From: Chrysomallon squamiferum
Lineage: Eukaryota; Animalia; Mollusca
Direction of reading: 5' to 3'
Length of the DNA: 64,000 nt
Assembly (NCBI GenBank): GCA_012295275.1
Contig: CM022667.1
Span: forward strand, 21,824,001-21,888,000
In this document: piece by piece, positions 59,129 through 64,000 of the stretch
How the letters are laid out: each line of letters starts with the position of its first letter
Position numbering within the stretch: the first letter of the stretch is position 1
The notes under the pieces: generated by a model
What the model saw: only the letters and a program-made list of their open reading frames with translations
Database searches by the model: none
What the model was told of the DNA's origin: nothing
Position numbers and translations under genes: made by a program

Positions 59129-61149
59129 CATCATCATAATCATCAACATCATAACTATTCTAATCATAAATTATTTATTTTTGAAATAGCGTTCGGTACT
59201 TCAAAACAAGTTTTAAAAATAATATTACGATTTACTTGATTACAACTATTTCGAATGTGTGAAATGCAAACGTTTTTACCTTTCGTGCAGGGGTATATTG
59301 TTCTAACAGTTGCTAGTCCGCTCTGGATATTTACCCGTGAAAATCAGGGGGTGTATTCACAGATTAACTGTGTTGAGATTCTTCTTTTTTCTTCTTCTTC
59401 TTCTTCTTTCCCCAAGGAGTGATTAATATGCGAGGGATTATTTATCCTTGAATAAACAATCAAGGCAACCAATTTTTCGAACAGAGTTAGAAAATTAATA
59501 TAAGACAATGTTGTTTAGACACACACACAAACACACACAAGAAATAATTTCAGGTTATATCACAGGACGTAACAAATTCAAATATGTTTCATTGTTGGCA
59601 ATACTGATATATTGTCAATTTGTATTCTTATTTATTTATATATTTATTATCTAATCTTATTCTCATCGCCATTATAAGAATAATAATAATTATTATTATT
59701 ATTACTACTACTACTACTACTACTGCTACTACTACTATTACTACTACTACACCTATTACTACTGAACCAGTTTCCAAAATTGTAATAATAATAGTGAGTT
59801 CTAATCTAAAAGAAAAGTGGTGAATCGAGCTTGCCAATAAAAAAATAAATAATAATAATAATAAATATAATTTATATGTGTCGGCGCCAATGTTGTTGTT
59901 ATATATTTCCAAAGTGATTATTATAAATGTTTTTCATCCCAGATCAGGCAATACTAATAATCAAATATAACATTGCCCCTACTAAGTCAGTAGTGATTAA
60001 GATAGTAAATCCTTGACAGAATTGTTGTATAATTGTTACATATTAATATTAACAGATTTTAAAAGTATGTTTCTTTATAGATGTGAAGAAGAAGAAAAAG
60101 AAGAAAAAGAAAGAAAGAAAGAAAGAAAATAAGTAAAAAATGTCTGGTAGCGAGTTCGAACAGTGTCAGAGGAAATGAAAATAATATCTACAGTCCTTGC
60201 ACTGGTTTTGTATTTAAAAAGACGGTAAAAATAAAGATACAATATTTAAAAAAAAACAATTCTATTAAGCTAATTGATGAGTTGGATTAACATAGTATTA
60301 TTATAATAACAATAAAAATAGTAAATAATCATTTATTTATTTTTTATTTAATAATGTATTTATGATGATTATATATCTATATTTATTTTTAATTAGTATT
60401 AACATAATTAATTGTAAATGAACAGAATAATAACATATTTAAAAATAAAACATTATTTATATAAAATAACAGTGATCATTAAAGGAAACAAAAATTTGAA
60501 ACTCGATAAATGGATAAGCTAATCTAACAAAAAGATGGAATCGTATAGGTCTCGAGGTACTGTTGAAGATAAACATTCGTGCAAATTTAAAACTATCTTG
60601 CAAATTCATTTAAATACCTTTTGTTAACATAGTAAAATAAACCTACTGACAAAATGCCAGCATTAATGAACTATATTATTATTTCTTAAAAGAGAAATGT
60701 TAAATGTTTTTTTATAACAATTATTTTATATATATATAAGCACTGTTTTAAGACATTTAAAAGCATTTCATTGAGTCCAGAACTGTACGATTCTATAACT
60801 TTTATGTATACACATACATAAACACATACGTGCATACAAATATATATATTGATTCAGTGATCATAATTAGTTTCCTCACAATAAACCATTTGGCAGTAAT
60901 AAATATTTTGATCTGGGATTAACGGTATTCAAAATAAGACAGCTGATTTTAATCGTACATTTTGTTAATAGGTAAACTATTACTATTTTTAATAAATTAA
61001 TAAAAAAATATATATTAATATTATAACAGAATTCATTTATAAAGAGTTCCTTTCAGGATCGGAATACAACTCGGAAGAATTTCTGCTAATGTATACTTGC
61101 TCTTTGGGAATATTATCCTTCATGATTTGGTTCATCATTTCAGTTCAGT

Positions 61150-63555
61150 TTATATCATTCCTTCCAGGTTATCAGACCTTGGCCTCTTTTTGATTTTTTC
61201 GGCAGCACATTTTTGCCAGTTTCGTAAATTTATCTCCACTTGCCTCAGTAAAGGTTTGCAACCCGGGAGAATGTCTGCGATAATGGTATACAAAGGTTTA
61301 CAAACCAACAAAATAAAATTAACTTGATGTTTTGGAATATTATCTTTCAGTTCCTTGTCGATTTTTTCATCAGCATGAATACCACCTGCGTCTCTTAACA
61401 AGTATAGTTCCTGATATAGAAGTGAAACCATGTCCAGCTGTGTATTCCATGGCTTAGCCACGGAGCCCAGATCAGCAGCTGTCATCAAAATAGCTTTGAA
61501 TAACGTTCTGCATCGAGCATTATGCAGGTCAAAGGTTTTGTTTTCAATCAGCTGTAGTATTTGGTTTTTTGTATGGAAATGAAAGGAAAGATCAGTAGCC
61601 ATGATAGCGTCGTGAATGAGAAGTAGCATTTCTTTGTATTCGTGCGAGTAAAGAAAAGAGAAAATATCGTGACCTTGTAACTGTAGAATTGTGATAGTAA
61701 TTTTGTAATGTTGCTGTTCCATTACACACGTTCCGTAGAGATCTGCCAGAGGCAAATTGAATTCTTGAAAGATAATACTGTTGAATCCACTATGATCTAA
61801 ATCATGGCACAGGCCTGCGATGATTAGAGCCATCATTTCATGAAGTTTGCAAAATGACCAATTTGTTTTCATTATGCAATATAAAGTGTGTACTACTTCA
61901 AAACCGTGTACCCAGTTGTGATATGGTAAAGGTCGATAGTTCTTTCGTACCGTCATAACAAATCTGCACAATTTAGCAAGATCAAATACATCGTTTCCAA
62001 ACAAGTCACGCATTATGTATACGAACAGCTGAGGTAGCTGGTCTTCATAAATGAGCGGATTGAATTCAAACAGACTAAATGAAGCTGGCACTGCTGGAAG
62101 TGAATTTTCCATCAAGTACACAGATTCATGTTCCGGGACCGCGATCTGACGATAAAGTACCTCCATAGAGATTTTGTGCTTTTTATTTATATCACATAAT
62201 TTCTTATGTACAGATAAAATTTCCAAAGCCATAGCACAGTAAACTGAATACTTCTTAACTGAGTATTCGTTTGCCGGTGTAAAATGATCTCTTGTAATAC
62301 AGTTAATCAGTTGAATTACACCAATCACGCGTTCTTTCATTATAATAGGCATGCAGAGAACAGTCTTGGTACCATTGCCATTCACTTCATCAATAGCGGG
62401 ATCAAAATGTTTATCTCGAGAGGCATCGAAAATATTAACACCTTGTTTTGTTTTATATACGTGACCAACGATACCTTCATCACAAGAAAACAGTATGTGT
62501 TTCTGAATAGAAAACATTTCAGTAGCTTTCCAAGAAAAGCCAACAAAATAATTATCCGCATACAATTTGTTTTTTTCCTCGTAAACCAAGAAAATAGAAC
62601 ATCTTTCAGCGGCTACCAATTCCTTACATGTTAACACGATTTTTTCAAGAAGACAATCTATGCTAACTGCATTAACAACTATTTCTTCTGTGTCATTCAA
62701 CAGAATTTCGTTCAGCTGTGACTGATAATCGAGTACTTTATTTTTTTCTGCTTGGTGCAATGAAGAAACCATCCATCCAAGCAGCCAGTTACATACAAGA
62801 TGGTCAAATTTTGAAAAAGGCATCTTTGATTTCTCTCGGCACAATTCGGTAACACCAATCAGGTACTCTGTAGGAAGAATCAAAGGAATAGAAATAACTC
62901 TTTCTGCGTCTGCCCCTACATGACCAATACCTTTTGAATAATTCTTGTCCACCGACAGACTTTCTATCAAAAGCGTCTGACCCCGTAAAGCTGCTGCAGT
63001 AGAAACTGTGGATCCTTTTTTGATGGAGCGAAAAAGAATCTTGCCACTTTTGGCATTATATTCAAATAGATCTCTGTTTCTGTGACATGGAAGATACAAC
63101 GAAAACCAGTCGACTAGCAGAGCAGTTGCCAATACATCAGCAGCCTCGTAAAGTAGGTTACTTACATCATGCTCTCTACTGTGTTTGAAATAAATCTGGG
63201 TTTGCCTTTTAATGGACGAAAGAGCTTGTTGCTTTTCGGGATTTGATAGATCTTTTCGTTCACACAGAACGGATCCTATAGATTTAACACGTCGTCGGTC
63301 CGCACGCTTTTCTTTGATGTGCAACAGATATTGCAGTTTCTTTTCCTCTAAACTAAGAATTATTTCATTGAGAAAATCAGGATGGCTGTTGCAATAGGCA
63401 GTGACTGTTGAAGCATTCAAATCCCAAGGAACTATCAAACATGTAGGTGAACGAGATGTTCTCGGAAAATTGGATCCAAAACTTGTTTTCCATAACGGAG
63501 GTTTATACCCGGGCAATGGATTTCTTTTCACTGGCTTCAAATGAACTCCTGACAT
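61150..63555 (-). CDS. PDE10A: Intronless PDE10-like cyclic-nucleotide phosphodiesterase (copy B), 801 aa, GAF-GAF-PDEase
   Basis: Single ORF colinear with copy A (shared ADVLA..LLVDWFSLY, CNW.LGWM and F.LPLADLY). Catalytic motifs are VRKNYRPLPYHNWVH, GLCHDLDHSG, MEQQH, ILQLQGHDIFS, ATDL, TAADL and IPKHQVNF. The symbol indicates the family only. Confidence 0.88.
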   Translation of the reverse strand: MSGVHLKPVKRNPLPGYKPPLWKTSFGSNFPRTSRSPTCLIVPWDLNASTVTAYCNSHPDFLNEIILSLEEKKLQYLLHIKEKRADRRRVKSIGSVLCERKDLSNPEKQQALSSIKRQTQIYFKHSREHDVSNLLYEAADVLATALLVDWFSLYLPCHRNRDLFEYNAKSGKILFRSIKKGSTVSTAAALRGQTLLIESLSVDKNYSKGIGHVGADAERVISIPLILPTEYLIGVTELCREKSKMPFSKFDHLVCNWLLGWMVSSLHQAEKNKVLDYQSQLNEILLNDTEEIVVNAVSIDCLLEKIVLTCKELVAAERCSIFLVYEEKNKLYADNYFVGFSWKATEMFSIQKHILFSCDEGIVGHVYKTKQGVNIFDASRDKHFDPAIDEVNGNGTKTVLCMPIIMKERVIGVIQLINCITRDHFTPANEYSVKKYSVYCAMALEILSVHKKLCDINKKHKISMEVLYRQIAVPEHESVYLMENSLPAVPASFSLFEFNPLIYEDQLPQLFVYIMRDLFGNDVFDLAKLCRFVMTVRKNYRPLPYHNWVHGFEVVHTLYCIMKTNWSFCKLHEMMALIIAGLCHDLDHSGFNSIIFQEFNLPLADLYGTCVMEQQHYKITITILQLQGHDIFSFLYSHEYKEMLLLIHDAIMATDLSFHFHTKNQILQLIENKTFDLHNARCRTLFKAILMTAADLGSVAKPWNTQLDMVSLLYQELYLLRDAGGIHADEKIDKELKDNIPKHQVNFILLVCKPLYTIIADILPGCKPLLRQVEINLRNWQKCAAEKIKKRPRSDNLEGMI

Positions 63556-63585
63556 TATTTATCCTGATTGTCAGTAAAACAATTA

Positions 63586-63611
63586 TGACGTTGTATTATT
63601 GTTGACGTCAT
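63586..63611. promoter_or_regulatory. Paired CRE-type sites upstream of PDE copy B
   Basis: TGACGTCA is at 63603-63610 (48 bp upstream of the ATG) and a TGACG half-site is at 63586-63590. Confidence 0.65.
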
Positions 63612-63693
63612 CTGTCACTGTTTACAAATTTTATTAATTATGAAAAATTACATACAGTGTAAAATATTTTATTTATAAAATTACTGGTAAAAA

Positions 63694-63694
<1 letters not shown>

Positions 63695-63747
<53 letters not shown>
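63695..63747. repeat. (ATT)n microsatellite upstream of PDE copy B
   Basis: Directly visible trinucleotide tract. Confidence 0.85.
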
Positions 63748-63748
<1 letters not shown>

Positions 63749-64000
63749 AATTAATAATAAAACGTAATGGATGAAAATAAGCATAAATAAATTCTAGAAA
63801 GTGAACTTTTTATCTTCTAATTTAAATATTTATCATCTTAAAAAAATAATAAAATGATGAAAAAAATAACGATAAATAAATAAAGGTTTTAAATTTTTTT
63901 AAATCTGACACTGAAAGAAATAAAACGATTCAAAATATCTTTTGGTCAGTTTTGTTTTTTTAGCGACATGAGAAATTTATGTTCTCGATGATTCATTACT

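Noticed and set aside
60141-60180. GTTCGAA B-box-like motif suggesting a tRNA or SINE
   Set aside because: There is no cloverleaf or properly spaced A-box.

Overview
AT-rich, intron-containing animal DNA; probably a mollusc or other lophotrochozoan (inferred from composition and protein style, not proven). I reconstructed three spliced conserved genes by reading exons directly: GLG1 (minus, 25 coding exons, ~1201 aa), RSPRY1 (plus, head-to-head with GLG1, 14 coding exons including an 11-nt microexon, ~575 aa) and KLHDC4 (minus, 11 exons, ~599 aa). A 13.5-kb RSPRY1 intron holds a nested antisense gene for an unrecognised ~562-aa protein. Two DNA transposon derivatives are present: a 566-bp internally deleted Tc1/mariner, and a 2.75-kb Sola2-like element with ~670-bp near-perfect terminal inverted repeats (TIRs). 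The most unusual part is the right end: two tandem, intronless, strongly diverged PDE10-like genes (GAF-GAF-PDEase). Their catalytic domains are eroded at normally invariant residues, and they share an identical 14-bp element containing a full CRE (TGACGTCA) 47-48 bp upstream of the ATG. This is a candidate cAMP/CREB(CREM)-driven retrogene pair with a possible pseudo-phosphodiesterase member. No rRNA, tRNA or CRISPR array was seen. All exon coordinates were counted by hand.
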